Numbered from the stretch's first letter, positions 45,491 to 56,200 are shown. The stretch: 64,000 nucleotides of DNA from Bacteroidales bacterium (GCA_017412115.1 JAFPYR010000098.1:101171-165170); one strand, 5' to 3'. The notes: generated by a model not told the origin, from the letters alone. Numbers and translations are program-made.

Positions 45491-47230
45491 ATGAAAAAAT
45501 TATCATTAATATTATTGGCAGCAATGACAGTATCGGGCATGGTAGCTTGCGACCGCGAAGAAATAACGCCCAATGATTCGAATACAGCATTAACACCAGA
45601 GGCACTTGCAGCACGCAATAACCAGAAAACCAACGAAACTGGAGACAATAACAACGGTTCTGGCGAGGAAAAAAAAGAATGGAAAATTGTTAATAGCTCT
45701 GACGAGCGTTCTGATGATGAAATTTCTGTTAAAATCAATGCAGGAACAGTTTATCAGACGATCGAAGGTTTCGGTGCATCAGATTGTTGGTTGGGCGAAT
45801 ATGTCGGCAAGAATTACACCGGCAAGGAGAAAATTGCAAAACTGCTTTTCTCTCAGGATACTTTGGCAAACGGAGCGTTGGAAGGTATAGGTCTTTCGAT
45901 GTGGAGGGTGAACCTCGGAGCGGGCAGCGCAGAACAGAAAGAACCCATGTTTGAAACCGCAAAAATGGCGGAATGTTATCTCAAAGACGACGGTAAAACA
46001 TACGATTGGACAAAATGCAAAGGTCAGCAGTTTTTTATGACCGAGGCTAAAAAATACGGCGTTGAAAAAATGCTGTTGTTTTCCAATTCACCGCTTTATT
46101 TTTGGACTAAAAACGGCAAAACATATTCTGAAAGCGGCAAAAATTCAAATCTCGAATCTGATAATTATGAAAAATTTGCCGAATATATGGCTGAGGTTTC
46201 AAAACATTTTAACGAAGCCGGAATTCCTATTGATTACATTTCGCCAGTAAACGAGCCTCAATATAGTTGGAATATTGATAAAGACCATAAAGACAGAAAT
46301 CAGGAAGGCTGCGGCTGGCAAAATTCAGAGGTTGCAACCCTGATTAATCTTCTTAACGACAAACTCGGAGATCAAAAAACTAAAATTGTGATTCCTGAGG
46401 CTGCAAAATGGTCTGCAACATACTCATCTTCCTCTGTTGCGGGATGTAATGACGGTACTTTGAATCAGATTTCTGAATTTTTCGGCAACGGCGACAATTC
46501 CTTAAAGAATTTGACCCACGTTCATAAAGTTGTCGGCGTGCATTCGTATTGGGAAGACAAAGGCTGGACAGAACTTGAATCTTACCGCAAAACTGCATAC
46601 AACGCAGCAGATGCAGCCGGCATCGGACTTTGGCAGACCGAATGGTCTTTGCTTGGAGATTATGGCGTAATTGACGAATATCCGGGTTTGGACGATGCAA
46701 AATACATTGACAACGCACTTTATTTGTCAAGAGTTATTTATTCTGATTTGGTTTGGGCTAACGTTTCGTCTTGGAGTTACTGGACTGTTTTCGGTCAGGA
46801 GCGTTGGAGTCAGAAAAACAGATTTTATCTTATAAAAGTCGGTAGTAATGTTTCTGATAACGTAGATCTTAACGATGAGGACGTATCCACAGGCGGTAAC
46901 TGGGCTGACAACGTAAATCTTTATGTTCTTGGTAATTACAGCCGTTTTATCCGTCCGGGTTACAAACGTGTTGATATGACCTGCGGCAACGATAAATCGT
47001 TCTTCGGTTCAGCTTTCTTATCAGGCGACGGCAATACGCTTGTTATGGTTTACACTAACTTGACAGACTCAAAAGTCAGGATTAAACCTCAAATCAGCGG
47101 TTTTGAAGGTAACACGAAATTCTTGCGTTTCGTAACTGACGAGACAAAGAAACTTGAGCGTACCAACATGAGCGACGGAAATATGGTAATTCCGGCAAAA
47201 TCTGTAACTACAGTGGTTTATTGCAAATAA
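45491..47230 (+). CDS. Glycoside hydrolase family 30 lipoprotein
   Basis: Lipobox SGMVAC. Motifs QTIEGFGASDCW, ISPVNEPQYSW (acid/base region) and LWQTEWS (nucleophile region), with a beta-sandwich tail. Confidence 0.8.
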   Translation: MKKLSLILLAAMTVSGMVACDREEITPNDSNTALTPEALAARNNQKTNETGDNNNGSGEEKKEWKIVNSSDERSDDEISVKINAGTVYQTIEGFGASDCWLGEYVGKNYTGKEKIAKLLFSQDTLANGALEGIGLSMWRVNLGAGSAEQKEPMFETAKMAECYLKDDGKTYDWTKCKGQQFFMTEAKKYGVEKMLLFSNSPLYFWTKNGKTYSESGKNSNLESDNYEKFAEYMAEVSKHFNEAGIPIDYISPVNEPQYSWNIDKDHKDRNQEGCGWQNSEVATLINLLNDKLGDQKTKIVIPEAAKWSATYSSSSVAGCNDGTLNQISEFFGNGDNSLKNLTHVHKVVGVHSYWEDKGWTELESYRKTAYNAADAAGIGLWQTEWSLLGDYGVIDEYPGLDDAKYIDNALYLSRVIYSDLVWANVSSWSYWTVFGQERWSQKNRFYLIKVGSNVSDNVDLNDEDVSTGGNWADNVNLYVLGNYSRFIRPGYKRVDMTCGNDKSFFGSAFLSGDGNTLVMVYTNLTDSKVRIKPQISGFEGNTKFLRFVTDETKKLERTNMSDGNMVIPAKSVTTVVYCK

Positions 47231-47245
47231 TAATTATTTTTTTTC

Positions 47246-47296
47246 ACCACGGAAAACACGAAAAAAGAACTTATTTTTTTTAGTGATTTCCGTGGT
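47246..47296 (+). terminator. Intergenic hairpin (weak terminator or attenuator candidate)
   Basis: accacggaaa (47246-47255) and tttccgtggt (47287-47296) form a perfect 10-bp stem, but the loop is 31 nt and there is no clean downstream T-run. Confidence 0.3.
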
Positions 47297-47314
47297 TATA
47301 TTATAATTAAATCT

Positions 47315-48817
47315 ATGAAAAAATACTTCTTAATATTATCATTATTATTGAGCGGTTGTGCGGAAAAATTCACACAAGAGGCTTTTATCGATGAAGAAAA
47401 AACGTTTCAAACGATAGACGGTTTCGGAGCATCGGATGCTTGGACTATCCGCTATTCGCTGAAATGGCCTGAAAAAACTATAAACAAAGCCGCAGAATGG
47501 CTGTTTTCGAGTGAAACTTTTCAAGACGGCTCGCCCAAAGGTATTGCGTTAAGCATTTGGCGTTTCAACCTCGGCACAGGTAGTGCTTATCAAGAAGATA
47601 AAGCTGAAATTAAGGAGTTTACACGGACAGAATGTTTTTTGATGCCGGACGGAAATTGGGATTTTTCACGTCAAAGACCTCAAGTAAAATTCATGAAAAA
47701 AGCCAATGAATACGGCGTAAAAACATTTGTTGCGTTTTTGAACTCACCGCCTGTATATTTCACACAAAACGGTCTTGCAACCAACACGGGAAGAGGGGGT
47801 AATTTTAATCTCAAAGCTGATTGTTACGACAAATATGCTGATTATATGGCGAAGGCTGTCAAGGGGTTGAAAGAAATACATAAAATAGACATCTCATATA
47901 TTTGTCCCGTCAATGAGCCTGACGGACATTGGAATTGGCAAGGACCGAAACAAGAAGGTACACCAGCCACAAATGCCGAAATTGCAAAAATAACCCGTGC
48001 CTTGGACGAGGCATTAACAAGAGAAAATCTCGAAACAAAAATTCTCGTTAATGAATCCTCAGATTACCGTGCCATGGTCGGCGTTCATCAAACAAATCCA
48101 GACAGGGGATATGCCATTCAAACACTTTTCAATGCAGATTCCTCGTCAAACGTCTGCGGCTTGCAACACGTAGAAAACATGATTGCCGGCCACGGTTATT
48201 GGACAAACACACCTTTGGATTTTATGAAAACAATGCGTGAGAATTTGCGCGATACTCTTGAAAAATTTGCTGTAAAATTTTGGATGACAGAGCAATGCGT
48301 CATGGGCAACGACGAGGAAATAGGCGGCGGACACGGTTTTGATACAACCATGACAACGGCGTTGTATGTTTCAAGATGGATTCATCACGATTTGGTATAT
48401 GCTAACGCTTCATCATGGCAGTGGTGGCGTGCCGTGGGCGAAGACTACAAAGACGGTCTTTTGGAAGACTTTTTGGAAGAGACCTATCAATCGGGAAAAA
48501 TTTTTGACAGCCGTTTGCTTTGGGTTTTAGGCAATTACAGCCGTTTTGTAAGACCGGGCGCAAAGAGGATTTTCTCAAAACTATCCACAGAAGAAACTCC
48601 CGAAGGTTTGATGATGTCATCATTCAAAAACACTGACGGTAGCGTAGTTTCGGTTATTATCAACTATTCCAACCAAGATGAAGCGGTTAAATTTCCGAAA
48701 CAATTATCAGCTGTTTATCTGACAAACGACACTCCCGGCAACAAACTCAAACGCCAAATTGACGTTAAAACAGTTGCCACAGTCCCCGCTAAAAGCGTGG
48801 TTACAGTGGTGTATTAA
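47315..48817 (+). CDS. Glycoside hydrolase family 30 lipoprotein (second paralogue)
   Basis: Lipobox LLLSGC. Motifs QTIDGFGASDAW, ICPVNEPDGHWNW and FWMTEQC. Confidence 0.8.
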   Translation: MKKYFLILSLLLSGCAEKFTQEAFIDEEKTFQTIDGFGASDAWTIRYSLKWPEKTINKAAEWLFSSETFQDGSPKGIALSIWRFNLGTGSAYQEDKAEIKEFTRTECFLMPDGNWDFSRQRPQVKFMKKANEYGVKTFVAFLNSPPVYFTQNGLATNTGRGGNFNLKADCYDKYADYMAKAVKGLKEIHKIDISYICPVNEPDGHWNWQGPKQEGTPATNAEIAKITRALDEALTRENLETKILVNESSDYRAMVGVHQTNPDRGYAIQTLFNADSSSNVCGLQHVENMIAGHGYWTNTPLDFMKTMRENLRDTLEKFAVKFWMTEQCVMGNDEEIGGGHGFDTTMTTALYVSRWIHHDLVYANASSWQWWRAVGEDYKDGLLEDFLEETYQSGKIFDSRLLWVLGNYSRFVRPGAKRIFSKLSTEETPEGLMMSSFKNTDGSVVSVIINYSNQDEAVKFPKQLSAVYLTNDTPGNKLKRQIDVKTVATVPAKSVVTVVY

Positions 48818-48825
48818 TAATTTTT

Positions 48826-48984
48826 GTTCCCTTTAAAAAAAGGGAACCGGAAAACTTTTATATTCGGCTCGCCATGCTCGCCGGATGTCAGCACCGTACG
48901 GTAAGAGCAACCGCGCTGAAAGCGCGAATATAAAAGTTTTTTGGTTCTTTTTTTCAAAAAAGAACGCCCCCGCGGCGAGCGGCA
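48826..48984 (+). repeat. Modular structured intergenic repeat, copy A
   Basis: Hairpin gttccct/agggaac (48826-48847). 16-bp inverted arms aaaacttttatattcg (48851-48866) and cgaatataaaagtttt (48925-48940) enclose a GC-rich core. Hairpin gttctttt/aaaagaac (48944-48965). GC-rich tail cgcccccgcggcgagcggca. The flanking modules recur at 63820-63960. Confidence 0.85.
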
Positions 48985-49002
48985 AAAAAAAACTAAAACG
49001 AT

Positions 49003-51324
49003 ATGATAAAAAAAATACTATTATTATTCTTCGCAGCATTGTTATTAGCAAGTTGCAGCGAGAAAAAGCCTAAGACAGGCACTTTTGAGGTGGGCGACAA
49101 GACGTTTGTGCTCAACGGCAAACCGTTCCTTGTTAAAGCCGCCGAAATACATTATTCCCGTATTCCGAAAGAGTATTGGGAAAACCGCATTCAACTCTGT
49201 AAAGCGTTGGGTATGAACACGTTGTGCATTTACATTTTTTGGAATTACCATGAAATGGAAGAAGGCAAATTTGATTTTTCAGGCAATAAGGACATTGCTG
49301 AATTTTGCCGTCTTGCACAGAAAAACGGAATGTATATCATTGTCCGCCCCGGGCCATACGTTTGCGCTGAATGGGAAATGGGCGGTCTTCCGTGGTGGCT
49401 GCTCAAAAACGACAGCATAAAATTACGCACTCTTGATGCCGATTATATGAACCACGTTGAAAAATTCATGGCTCAAGTCGGCAAACAATTATCTGATTTA
49501 CAGATTACAAAGGGCGGAAATATCATAATGGTTCAAGTTGAAAACGAGTACGGAAGTTATTCTACCGATAAACCCTACGTTTCGGCAATCCGCGACATCG
49601 TAAGGAAATCGGGGTTCAACGAAGTGCCTTTGTTTCAATGCGATTGGAGCAGCAATTTTACGAACAACGCTCTTGATGACCTACTTTGGACGGTTAATTT
49701 CGGCACGGGCAGCGATATTGATGCGCAGTTCAAGAAACTCAAAGAGTTAAGACCGAATACGCCGCTTATGTGCAGTGAATTTTGGAGCGGTTGGTTCGAT
49801 CATTGGGGACGTCCGCACGAGACACGCCCCGCCGATGTTATGGTCAGCGGTCTTGAAGAAATGCTGAGCAAAAATATTTCGTTCAGTCTTTACATGACAC
49901 ACGGCGGCACGACGTTCGGTTTTTGGGGCGGTGCTAACAATCCGGCTTACAGTGCAATGTGTTCGTCTTACGATTATGACGCGCCGATTTCAGAAAACGG
50001 TCAGGTAACGCCGAAATATACGCTTTTGAGGGATATGATGAAAAAATATCTTCAAGAGGGTGAAGTTTTGGCGGAAATTCCTCAACAGATAAAAGCCGTA
50101 AAAGTTCCTGAATTTCAGCTAACGGAGCAGGCGGAGGTTTTTGAAAATCTTCCCGCCGCTATTGAAAGCAGGGACATCAAACCTATGGAAAAATTCAATC
50201 AAGGTTGGGGTTCGATTCTTTACCGCAAAAAACTTGAAAACGACGTTAAAAAAGGTTCAGAAATCAAAATTACAGAGGTTCACGATTATGCTTTGGTTTT
50301 TGCTGACGGAGAAAAAATCGCCGAACTCGACCGCCGCAAAGGTGAATTTTCGTTCGTTTTGAATAAAAAATTGAAAAAAGGCTGCGTTCTTGATATTTAC
50401 ATTGAGGCTTTGGGACGTGTTAATTTTGACAAATCCATTCACGACCGCAAAGGCATTACCGAATCGGTAACTGTCAGCGGCACGGAGTTGAAAAATTGGC
50501 AAGTTTTCTTATTGCCGTTGGATTACGATTTCGCGCTCAACAAAAAATATTCAGAGGCTAAAACCACAAACAAACCGGCTTATTACAAAGGTGAATTTAC
50601 TTTGGAAAAAGCCGAAGACACGTTTTTGGATTTTTCTACATGGGGAAAAGGTTTTGTTTGGGTCAATGGCCATGCCTTGGGCAGAATTTGGGAAATTGGT
50701 CCTCAACAAACGCTTTATATGCCGGGTTGTTGGTTGAAAGTAGGCAAAAACGAAATTGTTGTTCTTGACATTTTAGGCGCAAAAGAAACGAAAGTTCAAG
50801 GTCTTGACAAACCGATTTTGGATATGCTCCGTGTGAGCGTACCGCAGACGCACCGCAAAGACGGCGAAAAACTTGATTTAACGAAAGAAAAACCTGTGTT
50901 TACGGGTTCTTTACAAAACATTGCATCTCCGCAAGTAATTGATTTAGAAAAGCCTTTAACGGGACGTTATCTTTGCATTGAGGCTTTGAACAATTTCTCT
51001 GGCGATAATATCACCTCGTTTGCGGAGTTGGACGCTTTTGACAAAAAGGGCAAACTCATCAACCGCAAAGATTGGAAAGTGGTTTATGCCGACAGCGAGG
51101 AGACCCGTTCGGGCGAATATACGGCGGACAAACTTTACGACCTTCAAGAATCAACGTATTGGCAAACAGTTGATAATGTAGCGTTTCCTCATGCAGTGGT
51201 CATCGACCTCGGCAAAAAAGAAACGTTGAAGTCAATCCGCATAATCCCGCGTCAAGAAAAAGGAAATCCCGGACTGATAAAAGATTTTAGGATTTTTATT
51301 AAAGATACAGAATTTAAGAAATAA
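49003..51324 (+). CDS. Glycoside hydrolase family 35 beta-galactosidase lipoprotein with C-terminal discoidin (F5/8 type C)-like domain
   Basis: Lipobox LLLASC. Motifs NTLCIYIFWNYHE, MVQVENEYGSY (acid/base Glu) and CSEFWSGWFDHWG (nucleophile region). The C-terminus reads ...YADSEETRSGEYTADKLYDLQESTYWQT. Confidence 0.9.
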   Translation: MIKKILLLFFAALLLASCSEKKPKTGTFEVGDKTFVLNGKPFLVKAAEIHYSRIPKEYWENRIQLCKALGMNTLCIYIFWNYHEMEEGKFDFSGNKDIAEFCRLAQKNGMYIIVRPGPYVCAEWEMGGLPWWLLKNDSIKLRTLDADYMNHVEKFMAQVGKQLSDLQITKGGNIIMVQVENEYGSYSTDKPYVSAIRDIVRKSGFNEVPLFQCDWSSNFTNNALDDLLWTVNFGTGSDIDAQFKKLKELRPNTPLMCSEFWSGWFDHWGRPHETRPADVMVSGLEEMLSKNISFSLYMTHGGTTFGFWGGANNPAYSAMCSSYDYDAPISENGQVTPKYTLLRDMMKKYLQEGEVLAEIPQQIKAVKVPEFQLTEQAEVFENLPAAIESRDIKPMEKFNQGWGSILYRKKLENDVKKGSEIKITEVHDYALVFADGEKIAELDRRKGEFSFVLNKKLKKGCVLDIYIEALGRVNFDKSIHDRKGITESVTVSGTELKNWQVFLLPLDYDFALNKKYSEAKTTNKPAYYKGEFTLEKAEDTFLDFSTWGKGFVWVNGHALGRIWEIGPQQTLYMPGCWLKVGKNEIVVLDILGAKETKVQGLDKPILDMLRVSVPQTHRKDGEKLDLTKEKPVFTGSLQNIASPQVIDLEKPLTGRYLCIEALNNFSGDNITSFAELDAFDKKGKLINRKDWKVVYADSEETRSGEYTADKLYDLQESTYWQTVDNVAFPHAVVIDLGKKETLKSIRIIPRQEKGNPGLIKDFRIFIKDTEFKK

Positions 51325-51342
51325 GATTTTTTTTAAAGAATG

Positions 51343-51380
51343 AAAACGGACGGGAAAGTTTTTTACCGTCCGTTTTTTTT
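51343..51380 (+). terminator. Rho-independent terminator ending the PUL
   Basis: aaaacggacgg (51343-51353) and ccgtccgtttt (51366-51376) form a perfect stem followed by a T-run. Confidence 0.8.
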
Positions 51381-51446
51381 ATTTAAGACCATAATGTAAT
51401 TCAAAATTTTTTATATAATTTTGTAAAAAAATTACATTAAAAGAGA

Positions 51447-53213
51447 ATGAAAAATTTTTATCAAAAACGTGCCGAGTTTTATACTCAAGAATACGAAAAA
51501 TACAAAATCAAAGAGCGTAACACTAATATTTTCAGAGGTTTAACATTTCTTATCGGAACTTCACTTGCTATTATTGCCGCAAATTTTTCTTTACCGCTGA
51601 TGTTCGGAATTATTCTGATTTCATTGGTTGTTTTCCTTAGTTTCGTTCAAAAAAATGCCCGTTTCCATGATGAAAAAATTTTTAATTTTCAGATGGCTCA
51701 AATCAATAAAAACGAAATTAAGGCGTTGGACAACGATAATTCAGCGTTCAAAGACGGCAAAGAATTTTTGGACAAAGGACATAAATTCAGTTTCGATTTG
51801 GATATTTTCGGCGACAAATCTATTTTCCAAAAAGTAAACCGCAGTGCAACAAAACTCGGTTATGAATTTTTAGCGGAAAAATTTATCAACCCCGAAAAAA
51901 ACATTTCAAAGATTCTTGAAACCCAAAAAAACTCACAACTATTTGAAAAAGAAGTTGATGCACGTCAAAAATTTATCGTTTACGGCCAAATTTTCGACCA
52001 CGAAATCACCAAAGAAAACATCAAAAATTTATCAGAAGAGGAGTATTTTTTTACGAAAACTCCGCTTTACAAAATTCTTTCTTTCATTCTGATTCCGTCT
52101 ACAATTATAACAATTTTGCTTGCCTCATACGATTTTTTAAGTCCGTACATTCCGCTTGCATTATTTTTGGTGCAACAGTCAATCGTAATGCTCAACAATA
52201 AAAAAACAAAAAAATTCAGCAGCAAAATCGAAGATAATACACAAGCGTTGAAAAAATATTTCCACCTCTTTGAAACCGTTGAAAAAATTGACGCCGTCCC
52301 CGAAAAATTTTCAGAAATCAAAGACAAAAAAATCTCGTTGGCAATGAAATCATTAGCCAACATTGCTCAAAAATACGAACAACGTCATAATTTTATATTC
52401 GCAATTTTCGGTCAAGGCATATTTCTTTATGACATTTTGATGAATTTAAAATTTGAAAAATGGCAAAAACAATATTCAAAAGAGGTTTCAAGATGGTTTG
52501 AAATTATAACAGAATACGACTTTTTGTTCTCTTTAGCAAATTTAAAATTCAACAATCCCGACTGGTGTCTTCCTATTCCAAGCGAAGAGAAATACGTTTT
52601 GGAGGCCAAAAACGCCGGTCATCCGTTAATCAAAAACGAAAAATGCGTCAGAAACGATATTCATTTTTCCACTTGCAATTATCTTATAATCCTAACCGGT
52701 GCTAACATGGCAGGCAAAAGTACCTATCTTAGAACCATAGGCACCAACTTGATTTTAAGTCAGTTAGGAGCGGTTGTCTGCGCTGAAAGTTTCAAATTTT
52801 CGCCCGTAGAACTTTTTACAAGTATCCGTAACAACGATTCTGTTCAAGAGAATCAATCTTATTTTTTCGCAGAATTAAAACGCCTCGAACAAATAATTCA
52901 AAGACTTCAATCGGGCGAAACGTTGTTTATTATCATTGACGAAATGTTAAGAGGAACTAACTCGAAGGATAAACACGAAGGCAGCGAAAAATTCGTAAAA
53001 AAACTTCTCAATTATTCGTGTTACGGCATTTTTGCAACCCACGACATCGGAATCGGAAAACTCAAAGACGTTTATCCGAAAAACGTTGCGGCAAAATGTT
53101 TTGAAATTTCGTTTCAAGGCGACGACCTTATTTTCGATTACAAACTCAAAGACGGAATTTCTCAAAACCTCAACGCATCGTATCTGATGAAAAAAATGAA
53201 GATTATCGACTAA
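51447..53213 (+). CDS. Membrane-anchored MutS-related ATPase (MutS domain V only; no mismatch-recognition domain)
   Basis: N-terminal TM hairpin (FLIGTSLAIIAANFSLPLMFGIILISLVVFL) plus a mid-protein hydrophobic pair. Walker A LTGANMAGKSTYLRTIG, Walker B IIIDEMLRGTNSKD, and ATHD. Confidence 0.8.
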   Translation: MKNFYQKRAEFYTQEYEKYKIKERNTNIFRGLTFLIGTSLAIIAANFSLPLMFGIILISLVVFLSFVQKNARFHDEKIFNFQMAQINKNEIKALDNDNSAFKDGKEFLDKGHKFSFDLDIFGDKSIFQKVNRSATKLGYEFLAEKFINPEKNISKILETQKNSQLFEKEVDARQKFIVYGQIFDHEITKENIKNLSEEEYFFTKTPLYKILSFILIPSTIITILLASYDFLSPYIPLALFLVQQSIVMLNNKKTKKFSSKIEDNTQALKKYFHLFETVEKIDAVPEKFSEIKDKKISLAMKSLANIAQKYEQRHNFIFAIFGQGIFLYDILMNLKFEKWQKQYSKEVSRWFEIITEYDFLFSLANLKFNNPDWCLPIPSEEKYVLEAKNAGHPLIKNEKCVRNDIHFSTCNYLIILTGANMAGKSTYLRTIGTNLILSQLGAVVCAESFKFSPVELFTSIRNNDSVQENQSYFFAELKRLEQIIQRLQSGETLFIIIDEMLRGTNSKDKHEGSEKFVKKLLNYSCYGIFATHDIGIGKLKDVYPKNVAAKCFEISFQGDDLIFDYKLKDGISQNLNASYLMKKMKIID

Positions 53214-56200
53214 TCAACACTTGAGGGCGAAATGCCGAAATGTTTGGTAAAACATCTCGTAAAATATTTCGGGTCGTTGAAACCGACCTCGTAAGCGATT
53301 TCAGAAATATTCATATTGCGTGTGATTTTGTTTTTGATGATTAAATCATGCGCAATTTTCAAACGGTAATTTCTGATAAACTGACCCGCCGTTTGTTTGG
53401 TCAAAGCCTGCATTTTTTTGTTCAACATCGTCTTGGAAACCATCATTGCCTCGGCTAATTCCGAAATATCAAACTCCGAATCTTTATAGTTTTCTTTGAT
53501 GATTTTCAAGGCTTTATCAATAAATTTCTTGTCAGAGGAATCCTCCGGAATATTTAGACTCTCAATATCCATATCCGATTTAAAACGCTGCTGATATTTC
53601 CGGCGGTTTTCTACAAGCGTCAAAATTTTGGCTTTCAAAATTGCCTCGTCAAAAGGCTTGATAATATAATCATCAACGCCGGAGCGGAAACTCTCAAGTT
53701 GTGAATCCCTCGAGGTTTTAGCCGTCAAAATTATAATCGGAATGTGCGAAATGTTAATATCCGCCTTCACTGCCTCTGCTAATTGTTTTCCGTCCATCTC
53801 GGGCATCATCAAATCCGAAAGTATTAAATCAACAGTATGATTTTTAAGCACTTGCAAAGCGTTTTTACCGTCAGAGGCCTCCACAACGGCATACGTATCG
53901 CTAAGAATAGAACGGATATATTTGCGCATTTCAACATTGTCCTCAACCACCAAAACACACAAACGGTATGATGAATCCTCCGGAATTTGATCGTCAATTG
54001 AATCGTCATATTCGTTAACGGAAATGCCTTCGATAATGCTGCTGACAGGGGCTGCCTCTTGAGTTTCAACATTTACCAAAGGTATTTTCATTCTAAAAGA
54101 CGCGCCGTTTTTATGATTGTTTTTCGCAAAAATATCACCGCCCAAAAGATTTGCCAAACGTTTGCAGACATAAAGTCCGATACCCGTACCCTGCTGATTA
54201 ACGGAATAGTTATCGTTTTGATTTTTAGACTGATAAAACGAATTAAAGATTTTTTCAATATCGTCTTTAACAATTCCTTTTCCCGTATCGGAAACACAAA
54301 TATAAACTATATCAGGCTCTTTTAAAACCGCCGCATAAACGCTGATTTTGCCGCCCTCGGGAGTAAATTTCAAAGCGTTGCCGATAAGATTTGTCAAAAT
54401 CTTGGTCATCGCCTCGCGGTCAAACATAATGTACGGATTTCCAAAACGTGAATAACTTAGGATACTAACCTTTCTCTCTTCGGCTAACGCTCTAAAAGGC
54501 AGAATTATATCCTCAAGAAAAGTTAGGAAATTGCCCGGTTTTAAGAAAATAGGCATATTGCCCGATTCTACTTTGCGAAAATCCATCAACTGATTGACAA
54601 GAGACAAAAGATGTTTGGAATTGTTGTTCACAAAATTCAGTTGTTCAATGACTTTCGGATTTGTTGAAAGTTTGAGCGCCCGCTCAATCGGACCGATTAT
54701 CAAAGTTAAAGGCGTTCTAAACTCGTGAGTTATGTTGGTGAAAAATGCAAGTTTATCAACAGTAAGTTCTTGAATTTTTTCCGTCATTTTTTCCATTTGA
54801 TTTTTTTGACGAGAAATTTCTTCGTTTTGACGGAAAAGAATTTCGTTTTGGCGTGAAAGTTCTTCGGATTTGTTTTCAAGAGCCGAAGTCCGTTGATTAA
54901 CTTTTTCTTCAAGGATTTCTTTTTGATGTTTGAGGCTACGTATTCTCCAATGAATCAGCGTATTAACAACAAACAAAGCAAAAGCAGCCACCAAAAGTAT
55001 AAACCACCAACGTTTATAAAAATAACTCGAAACATGAATTTTTAATTCCTTGGGAACTGAAAAACTATTTGCCCCCCAAGCGGTACGAACTTTCAAAACA
55101 TAATTTCCCGAAGGCAAATTCGTATAAAGCGCCGAACGCGAATTTCTTGAAAGAAGATTCCAATCCTCGTCGTAACCCTCTAATTTATACTGATATACCA
55201 CAGCCCAAGGCGCATGATAATTGAAAGTCGAAAAATCGAATTTTACAGTTGTGTTACTCTCGTGAAGATTGATTTCTTCGGCTGAAATAATGTCTGTGTC
55301 CAAAATTGAGGTTTCGCCGGGATAAATATCATGACCGTCAACAGAAAGATTTGTAATAAAAACTTTACTGCTTCCCTGCGTGTTGGAATACCGTTTAGAA
55401 TCTATTTCCACAAGACCATGCATTGCACCGAAATACATTTTTCCTAACTCCTCAGACGAAAAACATCCGTTCCAAAAGAATTGGTTATCACAAAGACCTT
55501 CTTGTTCGTAATAATTCATAATACGTTCTGTTTCAGGCGAATAACAATTTATTCCGTTGCTTGTTGCCACCCAAATGCAATGCGAAAAATCCTCCGCTAA
55601 CTGCGAGACAATATCATGCGAGAGTCCGTTGTCGGTAGTGATAAAAGTATATTTTTCACCGTTATATTTAACTAAACCGTAGCCGTTGATTCCCAAATAA
55701 ATCTGACCCGAAGAATGACACAAAATAAAAGTAATTTTGTTGAGAAAATCGGTTTCGTGTTTATTGCGTTCCGGCATCTGAAAAGTATATTTTATTCCAC
55801 TTTTTACGGTGTTTAAATCCACTGTTAAAAAGCCCGCCGAAGTGCCTAAATAAAGCATTCCGTTTTTGGCGACAGCAGCACCGAGACAGCCGCCGATTCT
55901 TTCCGTTAACGCCCTCGGCAAGGGTTCGGAAAACGTATTAGTGTTATAATCGTAAAAATAAATTCCTGCCGTAGAACCTACCCAAAAGCCGTTATTTATA
56001 GTGTCTTTGATTGCAACGCCCACAAAATGAATATTAACGCCGCTCCTTGGCGCACCCTCCAAAGTTTCGGGATTAACAGTTAAAATTCCGCGTTTCAATT
56101 TCTTGTCAAAAACTGTCAGACCGCCGCCCCAAGTGCCTAAAAGCAGTTTGTCGTCGTCGATTTCAGAAATATAACTTACTGAATTATGGCTCAAACCGTT

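Noticed and set aside
48833-49073. ORFs 48833..49051 (-) and 48885..49073 (+) between the GH30 and GH35 genes; likewise 63806..63991 (+) after alaS.
   Set aside because: They fall entirely within the hairpin-rich modular repeat and run into the start of the next gene. The same DNA is better explained as a structured non-coding element.
50205-50230. ggttggggttcgattctttacc, which resembles a tRNA T-arm (GGTTCGATTC).
   Set aside because: It lies in frame inside the GH35 coding sequence, with no acceptor, D or anticodon arms around it. I found no tRNA in the window.
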